Source: Vicugna vicugna | Taxonomy: Eukaryota | Assembly: GCA_013265495.1 (NCBI GenBank) | Contig: MU061464.1 | Location: 1,568,442 to 1,632,441 of the forward strand | DNA: 64,000 bases | Direction of reading: 5' to 3' | Part shown: piece by piece, positions 49,389-61,750 of the stretch | Position numbering within the stretch: position 1 is the stretch's first letter | How the letters are laid out: each line of letters starts with the position of its first letter | Notes under the pieces: generated by a model | Database searches by the model: none | What the model was told of the DNA's origin: nothing | What the model saw: the letters and a program-made list of their open reading frames with translations, nothing else | Position numbers and translations under genes: made by a program

Positions 49389-50125
49389 TGAACAGACATT
49401 CCACCCGAAGACGTGGAAGAACAGCAGACGAACACACAGAAAGGTGCTCGGCGGCATTAGTCGTCAGGGAAGCAGATTAAAACCTCAGCGAGGTCTCACT
49501 GCACACCTACTGGAACAGCTGAACATGAAGAAGCCGACACCAGTGCTGGTGACGAGGCCGGGTCCCCAGGACCTCCACACGCCGCTGGGGGAGGGCGAAG
49601 GCTTACGGCTGCTCGGGACGCGGTTAGCAGTGGTTTTTTTTAAAATAAAGTTAAACATACACTTATAAACATTTATTTAAACTAGCAACCTCACTCTTAA
49701 TATGCTTAAAAGTCTGCCCAAGTGAATTGAAAGCTTATGTTAATACAAAAACCTGTACATAAATGTTATTAGTGGGTTTGTTTCTAATTGTCTGAAACTG
49801 GAAATAACCCAAATGTCCTTTAACTGATGAACAACTGGACAAACCGTGATACAGTCACACAAGGAGTAAAAGAAAGGACAGGCTACTGACACAAAAACCT
49901 GGGACATTCTGGAAAAGGCAAAACTACAGAGACAGACAACAGATCAGTTGTTGTGAGGGGCGAGTGCAGGGGAAGGATTAACTGCAAAGAGACATGAGGA
50001 GTTTCGTGGCCTGATGGGAATGTTCCATGGCTTGATTGTGGCTGTGTTTATGTCATGACATACATTTGTAAAACTCAGAATGCTAAAGAGGATGGGTTTT
50101 CCTGCATGTAAATTATGCCCCAAAC
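49389..50125 (+). mobile_element. L1MB/MC-type ORF2 end plus 3' UTR
   Basis: TGAACAGACATTCCAC...CATTAGTCGTCAGGGAAG...ATTAAAACC...CACACCTACTGGAA, AAAGTTAAACATACACTTA, GGAAATAACCCAAATGTCC and GCATGTAAATTATGCCCCAAA terminus. Confidence 0.8.
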
Positions 50126-51529
50126 AATGACAGCAACAGAAGCCCTTCAGGGGCTGCCATTTGTCTAATGAATTAAACCCCAAGCACCAGACCCCCTACC
50201 TCTTCTAACCATTTGTACTGTACGTTTTGTTTAAGTGACAGCTGAACTGTGTGGTCACCCAAACATGGCCTGGGTTTTCTTCTCTCAGTCTGTCTCATCT
50301 CCTGGAATAGCCTCTTCTTTTACAGAATTGATGGGAAATAAACACTGAATGATTGAATGAAAGAATTAATTAATTTCCCCAGTAACTCTCCTTGATTCCC
50401 CATTGACCAAAAGTGATGCCATGGAAAGAGAAACCTGCCACCTGTCCCTTTCCAGCAGGGAGGAGCGCAGTCGTCTGTAAGGGGTTTGTTCTACTCTGGC
50501 TGGTTCTTGGGACACAGGCAAAGCAACTTGAAAAGCCCCACATGTGCTCAAGAGGCAGCGAAGAGCAGCTTGCAGCCCTGGAAAGGCCCTGCCCTGGCAC
50601 ACGTCCCAGCCGCGCAGGACGCCTCCAGAGTCCCCGCGCCCCCGGGGAGGTGCGGAGAGAGGAGGGCTGCGGCGGTGGACAGGCTGACGGTGATGGATTC
50701 CCCTGTCCTCACTCCCCGTGTGGCCGCAGGCTCCTCGCATCCCTGCATCCACTGCCCTCTCCAGGGGAGGGGCCCTCCCGGCAGGTCCGGCCTCCCAGCG
50801 CTGCCTCTCCCAGGGCCTCTCACCAGTTCGTCAGTCTCACCACTCTTTGTCCGCGGCCCCGGAGCGCTGACAGCCAGCCAGCAGGAAGACTCACAGGCGT
50901 GGATTCTGGGAGCTGACTCCATGGGTGTCCACACTGAGATGATGACTGGAGGGTCCCAACCAAGAACCCCAAATCTTTGACCAAGTCCTTACGATGAAAA
51001 TGAGCCTTGAAGGAGACACACCCACATACGTACACGGGGAAATCATATTCCTGATTGGGTCTTTGGCCTGGGTAGCCCACAGCCTGGGTTCGGAATGGGA
51101 GCTATGCTGCCCTGATAACAAAGTGTATTGTTTTAGTTTATCAGTTGGTTCGAGGACAAATCAGCTCAGGGATGTGAAGGGGAAGGTTGCAGCCGTGACC
51201 CTGGCAACCCTTGGCCCCGCTCGCTGGCCCCAAACCGCATCAGCAGGCCTTGACTTCAGCGCACAGTCTGTGTGTGTTGGCGGGAGGTCCGGGGTCTTTC
51301 CCCACGCATTTCCCAAATGTACGATTTGTAACTGTCCTTTTAAAAAAATAACATTAAAAAAAACTATAAAATGAATATATAACCCCTGCAGGTGAACATA
51401 AAAAGGAAAGACAGCTACGTCAGTATCGGTGTCCGTGAGCTTAGTTTTTTCGGCAGATATACAAATATCTGTGTAAACACTGCTTTTTGTTGGGACTGTG
51501 GGGGGAGGGGTTCAAGATTCAGTTCATTT

Positions 51530-51760
51530 AGAATTTTAGTCTCCTTTCGGTATTTAGCAAGATATCATGAGTGCTTCTCTATGTCGTTCGTCTGATTTTT
51601 AACGGCTACAGATTGTCCCGCTGGATGGAGGTGCCAGATGGATGTTCTCGCTTCCCTGTGTGTGGACATTTGCGTAACTCGTGATCTGACTGATAAAACA
51701 CAGCAGCAAACATGTACTGAGTCAGAGGCAGGCACACGTGCCCGAAAGGTGGGAAGCTGC
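51530..51760 (-). mobile_element. Degenerate L1M fragment
   Basis: TTTTAACGGCTACAGATTGTCCCGCTGGATGGAG...GTGTGGACATTTGCGTAAC...AAAACACAGCAGCAAACATG resembles the antisense L1 3' end. Confidence 0.45.
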
Positions 51761-53689
51761 TTAGAAGCTGCGTACTGGTTTCCAAGACTATCCATCTCAG
51801 AACCTGCAGAGTTTATATACAAATCATATGTAAATTCACGTGTAAATACATAAATGATGACGACTTCGGACATCCCGGGACCGCTGTTCCCCCGGCGCTC
51901 AGCTCTTTCACGTGAGAGGTCCCGGCGACGTCGCTGTGCGCTCTGAACGGGCGGTCCACACGCTTGTGCTCAGTTCTCTCAGCCCGATCGCAGCTGAGTC
52001 TGTAAGCGCGTCTTCCAAGATGCCTGTGGCTGGGGCTTGGATTAGACCTTTGACTCAGGGCTTCAGAGGATACCTGGGTGCCAAATCATGCCCCTTCCCC
52101 TGGGAGGGAAGGCAGTTCCACACTCAGGGGCTGTGTCACCCGTGGGCTGGAACAGAGCTCAGCTACTCAGCTTAAAGGTCCAGAGCTCAGCTGTGTCAGA
52201 ATATGAGGGCCTGAGGTCAGGAAGGACCCGTGGACTGAGGGTCAGCCGAGTGCACACACCTACAGCATGTGGCTGAGAGCCATGCCCGCCGTCTCCTGCA
52301 GGGAGGCCTCCAGGCTGTGCAGACACCCCCCTTTGCCCCGGATCCCCTGTACACCTCCTCCCTTCTTCTCTCTTCTTTGGTTAGCCAATTGAAAGTTGAC
52401 TGGGAGGAGAGGGTGACAAAGGATGCTAGGACCCACTAAGGAGTTTCCTGAACATGGCAACGTCACCACGTGCTGGCTGGAAACAGGGTCGCAGAACGCC
52501 AGCTCCTACTGCAAACCCCACGACGGAAGTGAAAGCCGGTGTGGGAAGGTCTAGAACTTGCTTCCAGGTCGCAGGTGGCACAGCCCTTAACGTGAAACAC
52601 CCTCTCCTCGGGGAGGTAGAGGGGAGGCTGAGTGAGCTCTGAGGCATCTTCTGAAACCCTGAGTCACCCAGCTCCGGGAATTCTGGGTGTGGACCAGACT
52701 GGGAACTTGCTGGATCCTTGTCAGCGTAGCTTGGACCGACCCCAAGCATCTGAAGGACCTGGCAGAGGCCCGTGTCACCAGGACAAGGCCCCGGCGGCAG
52801 GCACGTGGCAGACAAGCTTTAGACGTTCTGGATGGCTCAGCTCCTGAGCCCACAAGGGAATCCCAGAGGCTCAAGAAACTCCAGCACCATCCTGAACTTG
52901 CCCCACCTCCTGCCAAATAGCAAAAACGGCAGGATGAACGAAGGAGTGCGTGAGCAAATAAACCGTCATCTCCCTTCCCTGCAAAAGCGGATCTGGGCAG
53001 AGTCCGCCTGAGGGACCCAGGGAGGATGTCCCGGGAGTCCTGAGGACACCACCGCAGGCGGCCGCCAGCAGCCGTCAGCACCCCGAAGCCCCACCCGCAG
53101 GAGCCTGTGCAGCCGCACCTGTGTCCCTCAGCGTCCCTGTCTCACGGTGAGGAGGGCCACCGCTCCTGGGCTTCGTTTGTGAGGCGGGAGAGACTTACAG
53201 CCTTTTCACTGAGAAACTGTCACGTGTACCCACAACTCCGGCCCTCCCTGCTGACTCTGGGACTGGCTAGTGTTTTCTCCCAATGTGGCTTTGGCTCCAG
53301 AATTTGATTTGACCCATGCAATAAGCAAAACCATATAATAGGGAAAATATTAAGTTGAAGTGCCCTTTTAGTGCTTTTGTGCAGGACCCAGAAGGAAGTC
53401 AAGGTGGGAAGCGCGAGGAGGAAGCTGATGAGAGGACGGGGGAGCTGAGGTCGGGGATGAGTCACCGGCCTGGGGCTATTGCACTAGGAAGGCCAAGGAT
53501 TTTAGATAAAATATCAAAAGGGCCTTATCGGGAAAAGTCTGCCTCTGCTGTTAAGTCATTAATTTACTGGCTCACTCGTAAGTGTATTTAATACGCAGCC
53601 CCTGCTACTCCTGCTTGAGTGCTGGCAGGAGAGAGAGCAGTATTCCACAGGATGTGGCCGTGGCCTTGAAGGCCTGACGCTCACAGGCA

Positions 53690-53890
53690 GCGCGCCGAGG
53701 TGCCAGACTGCCTGGGTTCAGGTCTGCCACGTGCTAGCTCTGCGACGCTGGGCAAATTACTTAATCTCTCTGAGCTTCAGTTTGCTCTTTTCTAAAATGG
53801 GAATAATGATCGTAATTCTTTCAAGTGGGGAGTAAATGATCTAATGCATGAAAAGTACTCAAGAGCCTAACACATAGTAAGTGCTCAAAA
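53690..53890 (+). mobile_element. MIR SINE
   Basis: CCAGACTGCCTGGGTTCA...CTGGGCAAATTACTTAATCTCTCTGAGCTTCAGTTT...TAAAATGGGAATAATGAT...CACATAGTAAGTGCTCA. Confidence 0.85.
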
Positions 53891-55259
53891 ATGTTGGCGA
53901 TTTATTTCCTAGGAAGGGAGTTTACAAGGGGGATGACTGGGGTCATGGTCCAATACTAGCAGACTATTCTGTGCATCACAAAGTCATACTGAACACTTTC
54001 TTTCCCCAGTACACACAGTGCCATCACTTACTCCATTTCCAACATCTGTCATTTTCAGCCTCCATTGTACCTGCAAGCGTGGACCCTGGCTTTCAGCTCT
54101 CTGGCCTTAAGATCTCCACCAACAAACAGAATCCTTATCCCCGAAAGATAAAAAGGCAGAACCTGGCGCTGTAGCAGCCTCCTCCCCGGCTCTGAACCTC
54201 AGTGGACGAGGGGGGGAGGTTTTGCGTCCCTGTCGCTCTTGGAGAAGGTGCACGGTGGCCGGAAGCCGTAGCACCTGTCATGGGACGCCAGCGCCTCGGA
54301 AGTCACTGCGCACTGGCTCCCCAGGGCCTTGCAAGCAGCTGAGCAGCCCCTGCCTCACAGTCGCTACGCATCACAAGGCCCCTCCTCCCGGGCGCCCACA
54401 GTCAGCTCCCAGCACCGTCTGGTTGCCAGATCATGGAAGCGTCTGTCTCGGATCTAAAGAGACAAAGCACATGGGCTTGGTTCAGGGTCCCCTTCCCCGG
54501 CCTCCTCCGTGCGCTGTTGTCAGTGACCGCAAACCTGGGGCCGCCGTTCCCGTGGGGGCTGCCTGGAGAGGCTCACAGACACAGCAGCCCAGGAGTCCAT
54601 CAGGAGAATCTCCACAGAAAGGCATCTTCCCGTCTGGATGGGGGCACAGGGGACCTGGAGCCCACAAGTTCCTTCCTCTGGAGATAAGTGAGGACCGCCT
54701 GTGCCAAGCTTCCCTCCTGCCCTCCTGGCCGTGCGTCCCCTCCTCGGCCCGGATTCCTGTCCTCCCACGACCCAGAGGTGAAGAGGAAGGAAGCAGGGAA
54801 AGCCGGACAGTCAGAACCCCTGCAGAACGCCGAGCACAAAAGGGGCCGAGCTGGGGTTCTTTTGGTTTGATGGGACTGGTCAGTAGCAAGTCAGATGTCC
54901 TAGTCTTGTGGTCCATGGTCAGTAAAGCAGATCCTAGAGACAGCCAGCCCGACTCTTCACGGAGCCGAACTCTGCCTGGTGGTGGAACCCCAGACCCAGC
55001 CTGGAAACAAAGCTCGTGGGGGGGCAGGTAGGGGCCTGACTGTTTAACAGAAGCAGGCGTTGTCGGCCAGGCGGGAACTCTCACAAGCAGGGCTCAGCTC
55101 TGACACGCACGGCCACGGGGTGTATGTCCTCTCTCGAGCAACCTGGCCTGGAGTAACATCACCAAGATCACCAGGTAAAGTGTCCCTTGTATGGAAAACT
55201 CACACACAAATGTTAAGGCCTAGGGTGCTCGCCCTCACCCTTCAGAGCGATAACAATAG

Positions 55260-55480
55260 CTCCGTTTACGGCTGTGTCCTGCGCATCGGACAACATCCAG
55301 CCACTTTGTAGGCCTCAGCTCATTAAATCTTCATGAAAACCTTGGTTGTTGTTTTTAACCCATGTTATCACCCCTTTTCAGATGAAAAAATTGAGGATTC
55401 AAGAAATCAAGTAACGTGTCCAAGTTTATTTATCTCGTACGTAGCAGAGAATGGATTTTAAACCAGCTCTGCTTGATTCC
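55260..55480 (-). mobile_element. MIR SINE
   Basis: CTCATTAAATCTTCATGAAAACC...CCCCTTTTCAGATGAAAAAATTGAGG...AAGTAACGTGTCCAAG...GGATTTTAAACCAG. Confidence 0.75.
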
Positions 55481-58400
55481 AAAATGCGTGCTATCTCTCC
55501 CCACAAAACCCCTCATGTGCTGCACACTGGCCATGTTATCACAGTTCTGATAAGGGCTGAATTCTAGGGACAAAAAGGAAATAGCAGAAGGACATGGACT
55601 CCTCAGGTCTTGACTCAATGACTCAGGTTCCCTGGTGGAAAGTTAAGATAGGGACTCCCAGTCACCAAGACCTGGGTCTACGGTCTGTCCTTTCAAGTAC
55701 CACGAGCCTTCAGTCTGGTGCAGAGGAAACCCCAGGCCCACCTCGGGCACGGCCACCGTGCAAACTCGAAGCCTCTCACCCAGCTGGGCGCCACCTGGGC
55801 TCTGCGTCCCCAGGGCCAGCCTTCCAGGTGGGCAGCCGCAGTTGGGAATGTGCTGTTCCTCGGGGGGTGGCCCTTGCCCTAAATCACAGCGCAGACAATG
55901 GCCGTTGAAAGAAACCTGGCAGTTACAGCCATGGTGATTTCGAATCTTACTCTCAACTCTTGGCTTCTCTGCCTTGGAGCATTTGACTAAGTTGAGTGGA
56001 AAGAACAGCAAATATTTTTAGAGTACTTGATTCAGTTTACATGGAAAACTGCTGGGTTTTACAGGTCAAAAGCAGTCGAACATCAACAACCCCGCTTGGT
56101 TGGGCCTTACGCAAACCTTGCTGATCTAATCAATCAGTCCATCATCGATTAACCCAACCAGCCAGGCAGTGAACTAGGGACACACAACTAACTCAGGAAG
56201 CCATTAAAGGACAAATTGTGTCGTGAGGGCATCGTACAAAGCAAAATGTACGTGTGTTACTGAAATCAGCGCGCTCCCACGTGGCAGAGCCGGGGGTGGC
56301 AATGACCTTCTAGATGCCTCAAATCCTCCAAGACGGCCCAGTGGGCTTCTGACGGTGCCTGGAGAATGGGTGGGACTTAGAGGCGCAGAGGGGCAGGGGA
56401 GGGCACTCTGGCCGGGGAGCAGCATGGCACAAACTGGAACTGTCCTTGGCCCGTCTGGGACGATAAGAGAAAACAGCCTGACGGAGCAGAGGAAGCGCCG
56501 AGGACAGTGAGGGTCGGAGAGAGAGGGTGGGGGCAAACGATGGAGGGTCTTAAGACGCAGCCAGAGGAGCTGGCATTTTTAAAATCATCCATCCCAGCAC
56601 TGGGAGGAACCCAAAGCGATACTCCATCCCAGCCCACAGACCTCAGACAGGAAGGACCCCACCTTCTTAGCTTCACAGAGCAAGCAGCTGAGGCTGAGGG
56701 ATCTGGTTAGAGATGGAGGTGAGCCAGAACTAGGGTTTCTCGCTTCCTCACCTGTTGCTTGTTACGCCTTGTCATACTGGACTCGACTTGCCCTTTGGAT
56801 TAAAAAGTAACAGTTCTGCCTAACAAGCTGTCTTCTTTACAGGCTGTTACTATTTAAAACTGTTCGCATTTCTAAAGTGGCAACAAGGAATCAGAGGTTC
56901 TTAAGGGGAATTTCTTGGCAGTGACATAGTAAAAGTGTTTTAGAAAAATTAGCCCCTCAAGAACATTTGAAATCGATCAGAAAGGAGGGAGAGACTGGAG
57001 TTAGGGAAAGGGACAGATCAGTGAGGCCTCAGCGGTGCACTGGACGTGGGGCCCGGAGCAAAGGCAAGAATTTTAGCTGATGCCAGAAGAATGCTGACCC
57101 AGCGGCAGATCCACTGGGGAGGGACAGAACGAGAGCCAGCTCTGGACGGAGAAGGGTGTCAGGTTTAGGGGCGAGAGGCTGCAGCTTAGGAGGAGATTCA
57201 AGACCAGACAGCTATGTGAGCTCGATCCTGGAACGGAGATGCTGAGATAAAGGTGGAAACTACAGAAGCGGGTGAGTTCACAAGGGCGGCGAGAGTCCTG
57301 GAGAAAACACGAGAGCCTTGGCAGAGATGCCGGTTGCACTCCCGGAGCCACTTCCCCCAGCGCAGCAGAGAGCTGCTGCTGGAGAAGGGGCTTCCCGGCC
57401 AGGAACTGTATCTCCAACCCCCCGAACCTTGTGCCCGGCTGGCTGAGGGCGCACTGTGGCGGGCGGTGGAGCCGGAGGATGGAAGACCCTCTCCCTGGGC
57501 CCCTGGGGAGGGGAATCCACCTGCCAACAGGAAAAGCCAGGGTGGACTCACACATGAAAAATAGCCTTCTTTTGTGATCAGGCCACTATAATTTTTGGAA
57601 CTACTTGTTATTGAAGTCTGGCCCACAACAAGGACTCTTGAGGAAGAGCAAGCTGCAGGTGACGACAGGGCCGAGGGGAGGGAGAAGCAGAATGTTCAGC
57701 CAAGGGGAGAAGCGGGGCCACGAGAGGAGCAGGAGCAGGGGTCCCGCAGTAAGTGTCGCAGGAACTGGGGGAGCAGCCTGGGGCAGAACAGGGGCTCAGC
57801 AGTGCTGAACGTCCCCCGACAGGAGAGGGGGGCTGATAACGAGGGCGAAGGCACCAGCCCGAGCACGAAGACTGCTCACAGCCTTGCAGAAACCAAACGC
57901 AGACGCGGCAGGCATTTCAAAGACCCAGGACCGCGTGGCCGGTGCGCCCTCTCTTTCCACTTGTTTTGCTGTTGGGCTTCCCTCTCCCGGCTCCGAAGGA
58001 GCCTGAACTTCAGAACATCCCCAAAGGACCACGCCGCACCGTCCAAAAGCAATGGAAAAGTGACGTGAGCCCTGCCATTATGCAATGCGGTGGGGGGGGG
58101 CCCTCCACCACTTTACGAGAACCGACTCCTGACACGTCTGGGACCGCAAGCACAACAGGACAAACAGGGGAGGGATTTTTGTTTGTCGGAGGAAAGGGGT
58201 AAAAGGAGTTCCAGCCTTGACCCAGGCTGACTGCAGCACCCTGCCTGGGAAGCCGCAGGTGGGGCTGTTGCCACGAGGGGTGGCGCCTGCGGGTCAGAGG
58301 AGGGGCCCGCGAGGGGCTGGAGCCGCGGAGCAGGAGCGAGGCAGGCAGCCTCCAGGCCGGCGTTCTTGTATGTGGGGAGCCTTCAGGAACATAGACCAAA

Positions 58401-59186
58401 TCAGGCCGTCTGCTTTTCCTGCCTTATTTAGTTACATTAGTTTAAAATGAAGTACACAAACAAAACAAAGCAAATCCCCAGTAGCATTTAAAGAGGTTTT
58501 CTGCTCGCCATGCGGTCAGCCTGAGCTTTGGAATCAAGCCAGGGTTCAAATTTTGACTCGTCTCACGTGATGCCAAGGAGTGCCTGGGGGTGCGGTGGGG
58601 GGCTCTATCCCCCCGTCCGTCTGTCCCCCACTAGCCACCCCCCAGAGGCAAAACAAAAGCCGCATGCTGTGTACCAACCCTGTGAAAGGTTACTAAATGC
58701 ATCATCGGGAAATGCAAATGAAGCAAAGGCAGCCTCAGGCTGAGGCTCCAGGTGCTCATTTCGACCCACTGCTGCCCGAGACCCTCCTACGTCAGGACGC
58801 GAGGCCCCACCGGCTCCATGAGTGAACGTCCTCCAGTTCTTGGCCAGTGCTCCAGCCCCCTCGGTCTCCGGTTCCTTGTCGGGGAAGCGCCGGCTGTGCT
58901 GAGGATGGCATGAGGTGACGTGGAAACCTCCTGTTTGCTCCCACGCCCCTCTGTTGCGGACAGAAGCGGGCCCGGGGCTGCTGCATGTGCGGGGCGCCCG
59001 CAGAGCAGAGGGGAACAGAGCTCGCCTCTCCTGGTCCTCGTCTGTCTGGACGGAGCCCGATATTCGGAGCAGCTGAGGTCTCACAGTCCCGTCCTAAAAG
59101 GCCGAAACTGCAAGGGCAAAACCACAAAACCAAGATCATTAAAACATGGGTCACAGGATCGCCGACTCCCTCCAACAGCAGGCATT

Positions 59187-59312
59187 CCCCCACGGCCTCC
59201 TCTACAATGATCAGCCAGGGTCTTCCGGAAACAGCCAGGCGGTTCCTGTCCCCCACGGCTTCCTCGACGGTGATCAGCCAGGATCTTCTGGAAACAGCCA
59301 GGCGGTTCCTGC
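59187..59312. repeat. 63-bp tandem duplication, 56 of 63 identical
   Basis: CCCCCACGGCCTCCTCTACAATGATCAGCCAGGGTCTTCCGGAAACAGCCAGGCGGTTCCTGT followed by CCCCCACGGCTTCCTCGACGGTGATCAGCCAGGATCTTCTGGAAACAGCCAGGCGGTTCCTGC. Confidence 0.95.
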
Positions 59313-59727
59313 CTTCCCTGCCAGGTGTCCCCTCTACCACCAGTCAACCTCGTGTCAAGCCAGATCCACCTTTTTGTCGCTTCCTCCAAGCGACCCTTGT
59401 TCTGCATTTTGGGGCAAATCAGAATAAACATGATCCCTTTCCCACGTGACCACCAGGGAGACACTCCGCGCAGTCTTCAGCCCCCCACCCCCATCCACCT
59501 TCTCTCTTTTTCAAGCTTAACTAGCTCTACTCCCTCAACATGACACCCAGAATTTAGCATCTTATTTATTTACCGTTGAACTCGCTCTTATTTACCAAAA
59601 AGCCTTCTGAGACTTTATCAATAACAGGGGCCTTAAGTGAACCCAAAGTTCCCAGACGCAAGTTAAACAAGGTGGTGTGCAGTGAGAATACTGCCAACGT
59701 TGATCTGTATTTCAAGATAGCGTTCTG

Positions 59728-59847
59728 AAAAAAAATCTTTTTTTTTAAGCAGTCAAGCATGTTATTGGCTCATGTCCAGTCCGGGTCAAAAAAATCTTTT
59801 TTTTTTAAGCAGTCAAGCATGTTATTGGCTCATGTCCAGTTCGGGTC
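59728..59847. repeat. 60-bp near-perfect tandem duplication
   Basis: A8-TC-T9-AAGCAGTCAAGCATGTTATTGGCTCATGTCCAGTCCGGGTC then A7-TC-T10-AAGCAGTCAAGCATGTTATTGGCTCATGTCCAGTTCGGGTC. Confidence 0.95.
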
Positions 59848-60107
59848 AACTAAAACAATTGCTTTCAACTTCTGATAGTAAACAGCTCCAAACTAGCTGC
59901 CCTGCTGGAAACTTGCCTGAGATTTTTTCTAACGTACCTACAAAGCCACGGAGATAAAGCCCCATTTACCACCAAAGGCTGAGACCAACAGAAAGCCTCT
60001 TGCCAAAGTCTAGAGAGAACTGACACTTAAAAGTTTTAAATGAGCGCAGAAAAGCAGCTGGCTATCAGCCTGGCCTTTCCCCCAGGAAACAGGGGGTCTC
60101 CCACCAC

Positions 60108-60263
60108 AGCAGATAAATGGGGAAGCCCTACTGCACAGCACAGGGAACTAGATTCAACGTCCTGAAGATGGGAAAGAAGACATGTGTGTACGACTGAATC
60201 ACTGTGCTGCACACCAGAAACTAACGCAACACGGTAAATCAACTGTACTTCAATTAAAAAAAA
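60108..60263 (+). mobile_element. 5'-truncated cetartiodactyl-type L1 3' end
   Basis: CTACTGCACAGCACAGGGAACTAGATTCAA...GACTGAATCACTGTGCTGCACACCAGAAACTAACGCAACACGGTAAATCAACTGTACTTCAATTAAAAAAAA. Confidence 0.8.
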
Positions 60264-60759
60264 GGCAGGATGAGGTTTTGTTCCTCCTGGCTGCTCCTCC
60301 CCCCACTCAGAAACCTGGGGTCTGCATCACAGGGAGCCTGGCAGCTCTCCCTTACCGCGTGGGGGTGACATTCTGAGTGGAAATAAACATTTTTTGCAAT
60401 CTCCATCTTTCAACATTCATTCAGAGACTAGTTCTGGGAAGTGTATGAGACTGGGGGTGTTGGATTTGTTGCATTTTCAAAGGAATAATAATGAAATAAA
60501 ATGCTGTAACTGGTGCTGTAAAGAAGTGTCCCAGAAGGCACACAGAGAGAAAGGTGCCAACCACCCAGACGTGGAGGTGAAAACTCGGCACAGCGGAGTC
60601 GCACCATGAGAACGCTGGCTAGATTATCAGCACTGGGCAGAAACCGGTTCTCATCAACCCACAGATCTGAGAAGATTCCATCATTACCTGTGTCCAATCA
60701 GTAGAACCAAATAAAATCTAAACATCGTGTCTGTGGGTGAATCTGAAACTGACTCTCTT

Positions 60760-61750
60760 TTCATTTCAAAATACGAGTAATCAGAAAAAGAAAAGCTGTC
60801 ACTGGAAACATGACAAACAATTACACAGAAGACCAGATGAAGGTTCTTCGTCTGAAAATGACCTCCTGCAGGGGAACCAGAAAACATTTTTAGAAAACTG
60901 TGTGACGTCCTCAGAAAGAGGCAAGAAGACATGGCTTCTAGGAAAGAAGCGCAGAGGGTCACGAGGAGAGGAAAGGATGGGATGGAAAGACAAGAGTGTG
61001 ATGAGCAGCAATAGGGATGGGGTGGGTAAATAAGAATAAGAACAAAATCAGAAAATACAGTCAGTTTCATGGTGAGTAACGGAGCGTGAAAGCACACACT
61101 GGAATGAGTGAGGAGCTTCCACCAGCCCCGTGTTCTGGAGGTCACACCTGAGATACCCTTCCATAATCTAGAGGAAAAGAACAAGGACATTAAAATGATG
61201 GGTGAGAAGATGGTAGACACGAAGGACAGAAAACATGATTCAAAAACAAACATGATAGAACAAGAACAAAGGAAGCTGAGATAAATCAGAGACTTAATTG
61301 AAAACTGCTTTCTTGTTATGAGAAATAGTTGAGCGTGTGGACTGACAAGACTCATTATGTTCTAGGTAAAGAGAAAGAAAAGTGACTCATATCTAGATGC
61401 ATCCTGAGCACATTTTTGAATTAAGAGAATAAAGAAAAGAATCTTTCAGGCACTCAGGTTAAAAAAAAATAAGAACATATTTGCAAAGGAGCAGAAACTA
61501 GTCTAATCTCTGACTCCTGTGCAAGGCTAACTGCCAGAAAGCCGTGTGACCCTGTGTACAAACTTGTGATGGAAAAGGATTGTAATCCATGCATTTTATG
61601 TCTAACCACGTTGTTATGGATGAATAAAGCCAACAGAAAGATACGCTCAGAGAGCCAAGGACTCAGAAAATAGATCAGTCCATGGTCTCTGCTTGGACAT
61701 TATTTGAAGACATACACTGACCAACTGATAAAATAATTAAAATTAACAGC
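60760..61750 (+). mobile_element. HAL1 or L1 ORF1-like degenerate element
   Basis: A-rich, stop-riddled ORF1-like stretch. GTAAAGAGAAAGAAAAGTGACTCATATCTAGATGCATCCTG, AAGAGAATAAAGAAAAGAATC and CATTTTATGTCTAACCAC...ATAAAGCCAACAGAAAGA...GGACTCAGAAAATA resemble the recalled HAL1 consensus. Confidence 0.55.

Noticed and set aside
54222-55031. Longest ORF (269 aa), with an overlapping 200-aa antisense ORF
   Set aside because: Starts at TTG, has the Pro/Gly/Arg/Ser-rich composition expected from GC-rich non-coding DNA, is open on both strands, and shows no domain or splice support.
59187-59849. Repeats superficially resembling a CRISPR array
   Set aside because: Only two adjacent units each, no spacers, and mammalian context.
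60684-61355. 223-aa hydrophobic minus-strand ORF resembling a membrane protein
   Set aside because: It is the antisense reading of an A-rich HAL1/L1 relic; T-rich codons give spurious Phe/Leu/Ser runs.
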